DNA of 41,612 nt, taken from contig JAYKGY010000087.1 of NCBI GenBank assembly GCA_035285545.1, forward strand, positions 1 to 41,612, in the 5' to 3' direction. Below, piece after piece: positions 9,543 to 18,894 of the stretch. Position 1 is the first letter of the stretch; every line of letters begins with the position of its first letter. The stretch is from Snowella sp. (GTDB taxonomy: Bacteria; Cyanobacteriota; Cyanobacteriia; Cyanobacteriales; Microcystaceae). Both the position numbers and the translations under genes were made by a program. Under the pieces are notes generated by a model. It was not told the origin of the DNA, searched no databases, and saw only the letters and a list, made by a program, of their open reading frames with translations.

Positions 9543-10076
9543 ATGAATCAGCGAGGCGTTACGCTCTGGTTAACGGGATTAAGCGGTGCAGGCAAAACGA
9601 CAATTACGCAGGCATTGGAAAAGAAGCTCCGGGACAGTGGTTATGGCATCGAGGTGTTAGATGGGGATGTCGTCCGCACTAACCTGACCAAGGGATTAGG
9701 TTTTAGTAAAGAAGATCGGGATGAAAATATTCGTCGCATCGGCTTTGTGGCTAATCTGTTAACCCGTCATGGTGTGATCGTTTTGGTTTCAGCGATTTCT
9801 CCCTATCGCGAAATTCGGGAAGAAGTTAGAGGCAAAATTGGGGATTTTGTCGAAGTTTTCGTCAATGCGCCCTTAGCGGTTTGTGAGGGACGGGATGTTA
9901 AAGGGTTATACGCAAAAGCTCGGCAAGGTGAAATCAAAGGCTTTACGGGTATTGATGACCCCTATGAAGCCCCTACTAATCCTGAAGTTGAATGTCGGAC
10001 GGATCTAGAAAGCCTAGAAGAAAGCGTTGATAAAGTGTGGAATAAATTAGTAGAATTAGGTTATTTATCGGCGTAA
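9543..10076 (+). CDS. cysC: Adenylyl-sulfate kinase
   Basis: WLTGLSGAGKTT, LDGDVVR, GFSKEDR.ENIRRIG and FTGIDDPYE motifs. Confidence 0.98.
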   Translation: MNQRGVTLWLTGLSGAGKTTITQALEKKLRDSGYGIEVLDGDVVRTNLTKGLGFSKEDRDENIRRIGFVANLLTRHGVIVLVSAISPYREIREEVRGKIGDFVEVFVNAPLAVCEGRDVKGLYAKARQGEIKGFTGIDDPYEAPTNPEVECRTDLESLEESVDKVWNKLVELGYLSA

Positions 10077-10100
10077 AAGCTCACTTTAAAACATTACCAA

Positions 10101-10132
10101 AAGATGGGGAAATTTTAACCCCTCTTTTTTTT
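10101..10132 (+). terminator. Rho-independent terminator after cysC
   Basis: AAGA(T)GGGG...CCCCTCTT stem followed by a T-run. Confidence 0.55.
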
Positions 10133-10212
10133 GGAAACCCACCAGAAACCTGCACCGCTAGAAAATCGAGCTAAATTAAAAGTAAAAGTTTAACCCGTTT
10201 ACTTGAAAGATT

Positions 10213-11859
10213 ATGCTTACCGTCGGCCAATACCTCTGCGATCGCTTAAAAGCCTTGAGTGTGGATCATATCTTCGGTGTTCCTGGGGATTATGTCCTGG
10301 ATTTTATGGATGTGATTCTCAAAAGTCCTGTGGATTTGGTGTGTACCTGTAACGAACTCAATGCAGGCTATGCGGCCGATGCCTATGGGCGGGTAAAAGG
10401 ACTCGGAGCCGTTTGTATTACCTATGGAGTCGGGGGGCTGAGTTTGGTCAATGCGGTGGTCGGAGCCTACGCCGAACGGGTTCCCCTCGTGGTGATTAGT
10501 GGCGCACCCAATCGCTTAGTTAGACAGCGCAATTTACTCTTGCATCACACCACCGGAGATTACAACCTGCAATTGTCGATTATGGAAAAAGCCACCGTTG
10601 CCGCCGTAATCCTCAATGATGCGACCCAAGCCGCTAATCAAATTGAGCAGACCTTAGCCGCTTGTTTGCACCACAAACGTCCCGTTTATATCGAACTTCC
10701 CACCGATTTAGTCCATCAACCCTGTTCTCCCCCGACCCATTCCGCTCAACAGCCGACGAAATTAACGGATCAAAATGCCTTAACAGAAGCCGTTGAAGAA
10801 GCCGCCAGTTTATTAGAAAAAGCCCAAAAACCTGTGATTTTAGCCGGTGTAGAGTTCAATCGATTTGATTTAGAAGATAAATTAATTGATTTATTAGAAA
10901 AAACGGGTTATCCCATCGCCACCACACTACTCGGAAAATCCTGTATTTCAGAAATTCATCCCCAATTTATTGGTAATTACGTCGGAGCCTTAAGTCGAGA
11001 AGCTGTCCGCGATCGCGTCGAAAGTGCCGATTGCATTTTGTGTTTAGGGGCAATCATGTCCGACATGAATTTAGGGGGCTATACGGCAAAACTCAATGAT
11101 AATTGCCTAATTAACGCCAACTCAGAAATCGTTAAAATCAAACACCATTTTTATCAACCCATTTATTTAGGGGATTTTCTCGATGGTTTGGTTCAAAAAT
11201 TAACGCCAAAAGATCCAATAACTCTGGATATTAAACCAGCCGCCGAATCCCTCCATCATGCCTTAGTTCACGAACCCGATAAAATCTTAACCAATCAATA
11301 CTTTTATCAACGCATTAATCCCTTTATCGAAGATGATTACATCGTCATTGCCGACACCGGCGACGCGATCGTGGCCACGATGGACATCCTAATGCACAAA
11401 AATGCAGACTTTATCGGCCAAGCATTTTATCTATCCATTGGCTACTCCATTCCAGCCTGTTTAGGCGCGGCCTTAGCCTCTCCGAATAGTCGTTTAATCG
11501 TTTTTGTCGGAGACGGAGCTTTTCAAATGACCGCCCAGGAATTATCAACGATCATTCGCCATCATCTCAACCCGATTATTTTCCTCATTAACAACGATGG
11601 TTATACGATTGAGCGCGTGATTCAAGATAATAGTTACAATGATCTGCAACCTTGGAAATACCATCAACTCCCCCAAATTTTCGGTGAAAGTTGGAGTTGT
11701 GAAGTCGCGACCCAAGCAGACCTTGAAACTGCTCTAATGACGGCTAAACAAAATACCCATTGTGTTTCCTTTATTGAAGTGCACTTAGACCGTTGGGATT
11801 GTTCTCAGGGATTAATTCGTCTAGGACAAGCCCTCCACAATATGCAGCAATCCGAATAA
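10213..11859 (+). CDS. TPP-dependent alpha-keto acid decarboxylase (pyruvate/indolepyruvate decarboxylase family)
   Basis: FGVPGDY, CNELNAGYAADAYGR, LLHHT, ADTGD, SIGYSIPA and GDGAFQMTAQE...NNDGYTIER TPP-binding motif. Confidence 0.93.
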   Translation: MLTVGQYLCDRLKALSVDHIFGVPGDYVLDFMDVILKSPVDLVCTCNELNAGYAADAYGRVKGLGAVCITYGVGGLSLVNAVVGAYAERVPLVVISGAPNRLVRQRNLLLHHTTGDYNLQLSIMEKATVAAVILNDATQAANQIEQTLAACLHHKRPVYIELPTDLVHQPCSPPTHSAQQPTKLTDQNALTEAVEEAASLLEKAQKPVILAGVEFNRFDLEDKLIDLLEKTGYPIATTLLGKSCISEIHPQFIGNYVGALSREAVRDRVESADCILCLGAIMSDMNLGGYTAKLNDNCLINANSEIVKIKHHFYQPIYLGDFLDGLVQKLTPKDPITLDIKPAAESLHHALVHEPDKILTNQYFYQRINPFIEDDYIVIADTGDAIVATMDILMHKNADFIGQAFYLSIGYSIPACLGAALASPNSRLIVFVGDGAFQMTAQELSTIIRHHLNPIIFLINNDGYTIERVIQDNSYNDLQPWKYHQLPQIFGESWSCEVATQADLETALMTAKQNTHCVSFIEVHLDRWDCSQGLIRLGQALHNMQQSE

Positions 11860-11937
11860 TCGCTCTCCCATTAAATCTTGAAACTTAAGCTGGATCAACG
11901 CAGTCTACCAATGGGCAGGATTGAGCAAGATTAAGCT

Positions 11938-12837
11938 ATGAGAATAAAAAGATTGACCCTAGTTGCATTGACCTTAATGGTAACAGCCACCTATCAACCC
12001 TCCAGTTGGGCTGGGCAGGTACTCGATCGCATTAAAGCAACAGGCACAATTACGGCGGGTGCGAGAAAAGATGCTACTCCTTTTGGTTTTGTTGATAAAA
12101 ACGGTAAATGGGTCGGTTATTCTTTGGATATCCTTGAACGAATCCGTAAACAAACTGAAAAGCAATTAGGCAGACCCATTCAACTCAAATTAGTAGAAGC
12201 AACTCCAGAAAACCGTTTTGAGAAAATCCAAAATGGCAGTATTGATATTGAATGCGCCTCTACCACCTTTACCTGGGCGAGAACCAAACAGGTAGATTTT
12301 TCTGTCAGTTACTTTGCCGATGGCACGAAGTTATTAACCCGTCAGAATAGCGGCTTAGGTTCCCTAGACTCTTTAGCAGGGCGAAAAATCGGCGTTATTT
12401 TTAATACAACTAACGAAAAAGCCGTTCGTTCCCAACAGCCGGCTGCCCAATTAGTACCGATTAAAAACCAAGCCGATGGGCTAGAAAAACTCGAAAAAGG
12501 CGAAATAGAAGGGTTTGCAGGGGATGGCATTGTGCTAGAAGGGATTCGTCAAAAAGCGAAAAATTTGAGCAATTTAACCGTTGTCCCTAATTTTCCTTAC
12601 CAATATGAATCCTATGCTTGCTCTTTGCCGAAAGATGATTCTGATTGGCGTAATTTAGTGAATTATAGCTTAATTCAATTCATGGAAGGGATTATTAGTG
12701 ATCAGACGGAAGCCGTCGCTATTTATGAAAAATGGTTTGGAGAAACCGGCGTTACCCCCTATCCCAGAGAAGCTATTAATGACTACTTTCAAGGGATTGT
12801 CAATTCCTATGAATGGATTCCGATTATTGATTATTAA
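11938..12837 (+). CDS. Polar amino acid ABC transporter substrate-binding protein (family 3), orphan
   Basis: Signal peptide; R.DATPFGF, GYSLD, IDIECASTTFTW.R...VDFS motifs; no adjacent permease. Confidence 0.85.
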   Translation: MRIKRLTLVALTLMVTATYQPSSWAGQVLDRIKATGTITAGARKDATPFGFVDKNGKWVGYSLDILERIRKQTEKQLGRPIQLKLVEATPENRFEKIQNGSIDIECASTTFTWARTKQVDFSVSYFADGTKLLTRQNSGLGSLDSLAGRKIGVIFNTTNEKAVRSQQPAAQLVPIKNQADGLEKLEKGEIEGFAGDGIVLEGIRQKAKNLSNLTVVPNFPYQYESYACSLPKDDSDWRNLVNYSLIQFMEGIISDQTEAVAIYEKWFGETGVTPYPREAINDYFQGIVNSYEWIPIIDY

Positions 12838-12994
12838 AGATTCATGATTAATCATTCATGGTGAGGATTAATCGCATTTCTTTTATCGAGCCATGCAATT
12901 AATGTCTGGAGGAGTAGGTAAACTTTTAGAGTCAGTGGTAAACTGTCCATGATATCCGTTTAAATTTTTGGTTTGAGGCTGAGGGAAAAACTTC

Positions 12995-14155
12995 ATGAAA
13001 GCGATGATTCTAGCGGCAGGGAAAGGAACCCGTGTGCGACCGATTACCCATACGATTCCTAAGCCGATGATTCCTATCCTCCAAAAACCAGTAATGGAAT
13101 TTCTGTTAGAATTGCTGCGACAGCATGGATTTGACCAAATTATGGTCAATGTCAGTCATTTAGCAGAAGAAATTGAAAGTTATTTTCGGGATGGGCAACG
13201 CTTTGGGGTACAAATTGCCTATTCTTTTGAAGGCAGTATTATCGATGGTCGTTTAGAAGGGGCTGCGATTGGCTCGGCGGGCGGTTTACGTCGAATCCAA
13301 GATTTTAATCCGTTTTTTGATGATACCTTTGTGGTTCTTTGCGGTGATGCTCTGATTGATTTGGACTTAACCGCAGCGGTCAAGACCCATCGTGAGAAAG
13401 GCGCGATCGCGACCATTGTGACTAAATCAGTGGATAAGGAATTAGTCTCCAGTTACGGGGTCGTTGTTACGGATGAGGACGGTAAAATTAAAGCCTTTCA
13501 GGAAAAACCGAGCGTAGAAGAAGCCTTAAGTACCCAAATTAATACGGGGATTTACATTTTTGAACCGGAAATCATCGATTATATTCCTCCTAATCAGGAA
13601 TACGATTTAGGTTCGGATCTTTTTCCTCAACTTGTGGCCAAAGATGCCCCTTTCTATGCGGTCAATATGGACTTTGAATGGGTCGATATTGGAAAAGTGC
13701 CAGATTATTGGGAAGCCATTCGCGGCGTATTATCGCGGGAAATTAAAAATGTGGAAATTCCTGGGATTGAAGTCAGACCAGGCGTTTATACGGGCATTAA
13801 CGTAGCAGCCAATTGGGACAAAATTAATATTCAAGGCCCTGTCTATATCGGCGGTATGACCCGCATTGAAGATGGGGCAACCATTATTGGCCCTAGCATG
13901 ATTGGCCCTAGTTGCTGGATTTGTAGTGGAGCCGTTGTCGATAACAGCGTTATTTTTGAATATTCCCGCTTAGGGGCTGGGGTACGCCTCGTCGATAAAC
14001 TCGTGTTTGGACGTTACTGTGTGGATAAAACAGGGGCGGCGATCGATGTTCAGGCAGCAGCACTGGACTGGTTAATTACCGATGCGCGACAAGTGCCACC
14101 CTATGAGGAAAATAGTCAGCAGCAATTGTTTTCTAGTTTGCTCAAGTCTGAATAA
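12995..14155 (+). CDS. cugP: NDP-sugar pyrophosphorylase, cyanobacterial UTP--glucose-1-phosphate uridylyltransferase CugP
   Basis: MKAMILAAGKGTRVRPITHTIPKPMIPILQKPVMEFLL N-terminus, C-terminal hexapeptide region and AAALDWLITDAR, as recalled for Synechocystis CugP. Confidence 0.88.
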   Translation: MKAMILAAGKGTRVRPITHTIPKPMIPILQKPVMEFLLELLRQHGFDQIMVNVSHLAEEIESYFRDGQRFGVQIAYSFEGSIIDGRLEGAAIGSAGGLRRIQDFNPFFDDTFVVLCGDALIDLDLTAAVKTHREKGAIATIVTKSVDKELVSSYGVVVTDEDGKIKAFQEKPSVEEALSTQINTGIYIFEPEIIDYIPPNQEYDLGSDLFPQLVAKDAPFYAVNMDFEWVDIGKVPDYWEAIRGVLSREIKNVEIPGIEVRPGVYTGINVAANWDKINIQGPVYIGGMTRIEDGATIIGPSMIGPSCWICSGAVVDNSVIFEYSRLGAGVRLVDKLVFGRYCVDKTGAAIDVQAAALDWLITDARQVPPYEENSQQQLFSSLLKSE

Positions 14156-14237
14156 CGAGACCTTTCAAAAACTCAGCATAGAATAGGATCGGTCAATCTC
14201 AAATTCGCTCGTGTTGCGTCATGATGGCCATTTATCG

Positions 14238-14813
14238 ATGAAATTTTATTGGCTTCCTATTTTATTATTGCTGTGTTTGCCCGTGAAGGCAGAACCGATT
14301 ACGGATATTCAATACCGATATTATTCGATTTATCCTCAACAAAAAGCCGATCTCGAAAGGGAAATGCAGACGCGATCGCCGATCATCGTCAACGGGAAAA
14401 AATTTAAAGGCTATACCAAGTGGAATGTTAATTGGAAATTTTGGTGGTACGAAAGCCCAAACAGTTGCCGCATAACAAAGGTTAAAGTGTTTTTAAACGT
14501 AACCTATACCCTGCCCCAAATCCCCAAAAATCATGTTACTACCGCAGAAACCCGCACTATCTTTAATCAGTTTTATAACGCCTTATTTAAACACGAACAA
14601 AATCATAAAGATTCTGGCTTATTTGCTGCGCGAGATATTGAAAATGCCTTACAAAATCTAGGCTCCTTTCCCAATTGTCAGCAACTTGAATTAGTCGCTA
14701 ATCAACGGGGACATCAAATTATTCAACAATATGCCCAACGCGATCGCGATTATGACAAACATACCGATCACGGTCGGCTAGAAGGCATAATGCTGCAAAA
14801 CTTCATGAAATAG
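14238..14813 (+). CDS. Secreted DUF922-family putative Zn-dependent protease
   Basis: Signal peptide MKFYWLPILLLLCLPVKA; GYTKW, YTLP, HEQNH (HExxH) and YDKHTDHG motifs. Confidence 0.8.
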   Translation: MKFYWLPILLLLCLPVKAEPITDIQYRYYSIYPQQKADLEREMQTRSPIIVNGKKFKGYTKWNVNWKFWWYESPNSCRITKVKVFLNVTYTLPQIPKNHVTTAETRTIFNQFYNALFKHEQNHKDSGLFAARDIENALQNLGSFPNCQQLELVANQRGHQIIQQYAQRDRDYDKHTDHGRLEGIMLQNFMK

Positions 14814-14865
14814 GTTTTATACTTTATATTTCTAGTGAGATTTTGTCTGAGTGAAGTAGTGATAG

Positions 14866-14925
14866 AATAGGTCAGGCAAATAAAAGTTGTTAGCAAAAGT
14901 CTTTATAACTATGAAAGCAATTCAA
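14866..14925 (+). repeat. Direct repeat copy 1 (5'UTR plus codons MKAIQ of the antitoxin-like gene)
   Basis: 14887-14925 matches 16402-16440 at 36/39 nt; weaker similarity extends upstream across a 5-nt gap. Confidence 0.9.
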
Positions 14926-15231
14926 TCTACTGGAAAGATCGATAAGGTAGGTCAATTATCTTTAGACTACCCAATTAAAGGGACTCCACCCAGTTCGGTA
15001 AGAGTTATCATTCTTTGGGAAGAAACAGAAACAGAGGTTAATAACTTTTGGCAACAAATCAGTGAATATCAACAATATCCTTTAATGTCAGCAGAAAAAT
15101 TACAACTGGAATTAAAACAATCTTTGACCGAAGCAGGTTATGATTCAAGAGAGAAAATTGTTGATCTTGTTCAAGATATTAAACGGGAAATATCTCAAGA
15201 ACGTCAACAAAAACAAGATTCAATACAATGA
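14911..15231 (+). CDS. Putative antitoxin (cyanobacterial MKAIxxTGxID...VRVI family)
   Basis: N-terminal MKAIQSTGKIDKVGQLSLD.P...VRVII pattern; ATGA overlap with the downstream PIN gene. Confidence 0.65.
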   Translation: MKAIQSTGKIDKVGQLSLDYPIKGTPPSSVRVIILWEETETEVNNFWQQISEYQQYPLMSAEKLQLELKQSLTEAGYDSREKIVDLVQDIKREISQERQQKQDSIQ

Positions 15232-15692
15232 CGAAAATTCCTGAATTAATTTTTTTAGATACTAATGTTTATTTAATTGGTGCAGTTGAGCTAGAAAGTC
15301 CTGAAGGTTTAATTCTACAATGGTTAGGTTGGGAAGTCCCAAATGATAATCCTGTGGGGGTAATAATTTCTGAAGAACTTATTAACCAAATTGTCAGAGT
15401 TGCTAAACGCTTAAAAAATAAAGATTGGAGTGGAGAAATAATTGGAAGAATTTGGCAAAATTTCAAGTATTGTTATGTCCGGATTGATGATTTTGAGTTA
15501 GCTGAAATGGAAGCTTTGGGAGTAATTTCTCGTGAAGATATAGGAATCTATTTAACGGCAAAAGTTGGTCAATCTCAATGTTTTATATCTGCTAATCATA
15601 AGTTAATTAAGGTTTTGGTTCAACAAACAGGTGAATTTGAATGTTTAACACCTTCTGAATTTGTGAATAAGTATCTAACTTCTTTAAAATAA
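15228..15692 (+). CDS. PIN-domain protein, putative toxin
   Basis: FLDTNVY, ISEELINQI, ED, FISAN and C-terminal LTPSEF are typical of PIN folds; coupled to the small upstream ORF. Confidence 0.82.
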   Translation: MTKIPELIFLDTNVYLIGAVELESPEGLILQWLGWEVPNDNPVGVIISEELINQIVRVAKRLKNKDWSGEIIGRIWQNFKYCYVRIDDFELAEMEALGVISREDIGIYLTAKVGQSQCFISANHKLIKVLVQQTGEFECLTPSEFVNKYLTSLK

Positions 15693-15799
15693 AAAAATAA
15701 GGCTATTTTAATCCTTGTTTAACGGCTTCAGCTAACGCTTTTGATTTTCTCAATTGTCCCATTTGGTAAATTGAACCATCGCCCAGGAGATAACAAGAA

Positions 15800-16390
15800 A
15801 TGATTGCTGTAAAAGATAGGTTTCTTAAGTTAACGCCCGAAGAATATTTTATTTGGGAAGAACAACAGCTACTGCGCCATGAGTATCTGAATGGTGAAGT
15901 TTATGCCATGAGTGGGGGGACTCAAAATCATGGGCGAATTGCGAGTAATATTATTTTTATCCTTAAAGGTCATTTACGGGGTAGTGGTTGTCAGGTCGGT
16001 AACTCCGATTGTCGGGTAAATATTTTTGAAACTAAAGATTATGTTTATCCTGATGTGAGCGTTACTTGTGACGATCGCGATCGCACTGCCATTCAAGCGA
16101 TTCAATATCCTTGTCTAATTGTTGAGGTTTTATCTGAAAGTATAGCCAGTTATGACCGAGGGGATAAATTTAGAATGTATCGTCGTAATCCTAGTTTGCA
16201 AGATTATGTTTTAGTGGATGCCGAGAAAATCGCGATCGACTCATACTGCAAAAATGATCGGGGTAATTGGGAGATTTTTAATTATCAATCGGGGGATAAT
16301 ATTAACTTACAAAGTATTGGTTTAAGCTTTCCCATTGAGTCAGTTTATGACGATATTATTTTTGAAAAATCAGAAACAAAAAATCAATAA
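15800..16390 (+). CDS. Uma2 family (PD-(D/E)xK) endonuclease
   Basis: EEY..WEE...RHEYLNGEVYAMSGG...H, YPDVSV, LIVEVLS and DRGDKF..Y motifs; AGGAGA RBS. Confidence 0.93.
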   Translation: MIAVKDRFLKLTPEEYFIWEEQQLLRHEYLNGEVYAMSGGTQNHGRIASNIIFILKGHLRGSGCQVGNSDCRVNIFETKDYVYPDVSVTCDDRDRTAIQAIQYPCLIVEVLSESIASYDRGDKFRMYRRNPSLQDYVLVDAEKIAIDSYCKNDRGNWEIFNYQSGDNINLQSIGLSFPIESVYDDIIFEKSETKNQ

Positions 16391-16440
16391 GTAATGCAAA
16401 TTTGTTGGTAAAAGTCTTTATAACAATGAAAGCAATTCAA
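16386..16440 (+). repeat. Direct repeat copy 2 (5'UTR plus codons MKAIQ of the U32 gene)
   Basis: TTGTTGGTAAAAGTCTTTATAACAATGAAAGCAATTCAA versus copy 1 TTGTTAGCAAAAGTCTTTATAACTATGAAAGCAATTCAA. Confidence 0.9.
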
Positions 16441-18894
16441 CCACTCGAATTACTAGCACCGGCAGGAAGTTGGGACTGTGCTAAGGCGGCAGTCGAAAAT
16501 GGGGCAGACGCGATTTATTTTGGTCTGGAAAAGTTTAACGCCAGGATGCGGGCCCACAACTTTACTGAAGCAGATCTGCCTGAATTGATGGCTTTTTTAC
16601 ATCGTCGGGGGGTTAAGGGTTATGTGACGCTTAATACCTTGATTTTTACGTCAGAATTAGCTTCTGTAGAAACCTATCTCAAATCCATTATTGCGGCGGG
16701 CGTAGATGCAGCTATTGTGCAGGATGTGGGGTTATGTCGATTAATCCGTCATTTATCGCCCGATTTTCCTATTCATGCTTCTACGCAAATGACCGTTACC
16801 AGTAGCCCAGGGGTGGAGTTCGCCCAATCCTTAGGCTGTAATTTGGTCGTTTTGGCGCGGGAATGTTCAATCCCAGAAATTCGTAAAATTCAAGAACAAC
16901 TCGGCCAGCAGCATATTTCTTTGCCGTTAGAAGTGTTTGTGCATGGGGCGTTATGTGTAGCCTATTCAGGACAATGTTTAACGAGTGAAGCGTTAGGGGG
17001 ACGCTCAGCCAATCGGGGGGAATGCGCCCAAGCCTGTCGGATGCCCTATGAAATGATTGTCGATGGCCAACCCTTGGATCTCGGCGATCGCCGTTATTTG
17101 CTTAGTCCTCAAGATTTAGCGGGGTTAGCAGTGTTACCTGAACTAATCGAAGCAGGAGTTGTGTCCTTGAAAATTGAGGGACGTTTAAAAACACCTGAAT
17201 ACGTGGCGAGTGTGACCCAAGTGTATCGTCAAGCTATTAATCGGGTTATGACGGGATTAGAACATCAGGTTTCCGAGCGCGATCGCTATCAGTTAGAAAT
17301 GGCCTTTTCACGGGGACTCTATACAGGTTGGTTAGACGGAATTGATAATCAGCAGCTTGTTCATGCCCGATTTGGTAAGAAACGGGGTGTTTATCTAGGG
17401 GAAATCAAACAAATTCGGGATGGTCGGGATAAACAGGTCATTTTACGCTTAGAAGCACCCTTAAAAGCAGGGGATGGGGTGGTTTTTGATGCAGGTAAAC
17501 CCGCAGACCGAGAAGAAGGGGGGCGAGTGTATGCGGTAGAACACCAAGGTCGAGATACGGTTGTAACCTTTGGACGACGGGATATGGATCTACGACGGAT
17601 TAAAGTCGGCGATCGCTTGTGGAAAACCAATGATCCTGAATTAGATAAACAACTGCGTCAAAGCTTTGCAGGTGAAAAACTTCACTATCAGCGACCCATT
17701 GAGATAGAACTTCATGGAGAAATTGGGCAACCCTTAACCGCGATCGCGCGTGATGAGCAGGGGAATATTGTTCAAGTGGATTCTGCAATGGCACTGGAAG
17801 AAGCGAATAATAAACCCTTAACAACCGAGCGTTTAACGGAGCAATTAGGACGGTTAGGCAATACTCCCTTTACTTTAGGTCAATTAGAGAACAATTTACC
17901 CAGCAACAGTATTATTCCTGTTAGTGAATTGAATCGGATTCGCCGTGAATTAGTCAGTCAATTAGAGCAATTACGCAGTCAACCCAAACGCTGGCAAATT
18001 AATCCAAAAGTTACCTATAACCAGTTATTACCTACCATAGGAAATATACCTGATGTTTCTCCTGAAATTATTGTCTTAGTCCGTAATCTTAAGCAATTAA
18101 AGGCAGTTTTAACGACTGATATTCCTACAATTTATTGTGAATTTGAAGACCCCATTGTCTATCGATCTGCGGTAGAAATGGTGAGACAAACTAACTCTAA
18201 AAAAGAAATTTGGGTCGCTCCTCCTCGAATTACGAAACCTAAAGAAAACTATACTCTTGAACAAGTTATTTCTAGCAAAGCCGATGGTTATTTAATTCGC
18301 AATTACGATCACCTCAAGTTTTTTAAAAACAAACGCATTATTGCTGATTTTTCTTTTAATATTGCTAATCCCATAACGGCAAATTATTTTAAACAGAATT
18401 TCTCTTTAGAACGGTTAACGGCTTCCTATGATCTCAATATTCAGCAGTTAGAATCCTTACTGAAAAAGTCTCCGTCTAATTGGTTTGAGATCACCATTCA
18501 TCAACACATGCCGATGTTTCACATGGAACACTGTGTTTTCTGTGCTTTTCTTTCTGAGGGAACGGATTTTAGAAATTGTGGTCGTCCCTGTGAAAGTCAT
18601 GAGGTTAAACTCCGCGATCGCGCTGGGGCTGAACACGTTTTACTAGCGGATGCCGGTTGTCGTAACACAGTTTTTAATGGAACCGCACAAACGGGGGCTG
18701 AATTTCTTGAACGCTTTTTGGAACTCGGTGTCCGTTATTTCCGCCTAGAATTTGTTAATGAATCCCCCAAACAAGTTTTACAAACGATTAGCCGTTATCA
18801 ACAACTCTTAGCTGGCAAAATTACAGGCTCTCAGCTTTGGAAGGAATTAAAACTTCAAAATCAACTGGGGGTTACTCGTGGTTCTAATCTTTAA
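16426..18894 (+). CDS. Peptidase U32 family protein with DUF3656 (RlhA-like Fe-S RNA hydroxylase candidate)
   Basis: ELLAPAG, GADAIYFG, HASTQM, HGALCVAYSGQC, NRGECAQACR and LKIEGR motifs; long (~820 aa) form. Confidence 0.92.
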   Translation: MKAIQPLELLAPAGSWDCAKAAVENGADAIYFGLEKFNARMRAHNFTEADLPELMAFLHRRGVKGYVTLNTLIFTSELASVETYLKSIIAAGVDAAIVQDVGLCRLIRHLSPDFPIHASTQMTVTSSPGVEFAQSLGCNLVVLARECSIPEIRKIQEQLGQQHISLPLEVFVHGALCVAYSGQCLTSEALGGRSANRGECAQACRMPYEMIVDGQPLDLGDRRYLLSPQDLAGLAVLPELIEAGVVSLKIEGRLKTPEYVASVTQVYRQAINRVMTGLEHQVSERDRYQLEMAFSRGLYTGWLDGIDNQQLVHARFGKKRGVYLGEIKQIRDGRDKQVILRLEAPLKAGDGVVFDAGKPADREEGGRVYAVEHQGRDTVVTFGRRDMDLRRIKVGDRLWKTNDPELDKQLRQSFAGEKLHYQRPIEIELHGEIGQPLTAIARDEQGNIVQVDSAMALEEANNKPLTTERLTEQLGRLGNTPFTLGQLENNLPSNSIIPVSELNRIRRELVSQLEQLRSQPKRWQINPKVTYNQLLPTIGNIPDVSPEIIVLVRNLKQLKAVLTTDIPTIYCEFEDPIVYRSAVEMVRQTNSKKEIWVAPPRITKPKENYTLEQVISSKADGYLIRNYDHLKFFKNKRIIADFSFNIANPITANYFKQNFSLERLTASYDLNIQQLESLLKKSPSNWFEITIHQHMPMFHMEHCVFCAFLSEGTDFRNCGRPCESHEVKLRDRAGAEHVLLADAGCRNTVFNGTAQTGAEFLERFLELGVRYFRLEFVNESPKQVLQTISRYQQLLAGKITGSQLWKELKLQNQLGVTRGSNL

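Noticed and set aside
15703..15799. Minus-strand peptide remnant (...MGQLRKSKALAEAVKQGLK*) between PIN and Uma2
   Set aside because: It looks protein-like but is too short to assign without a search, and it is not a third copy of the direct repeat.
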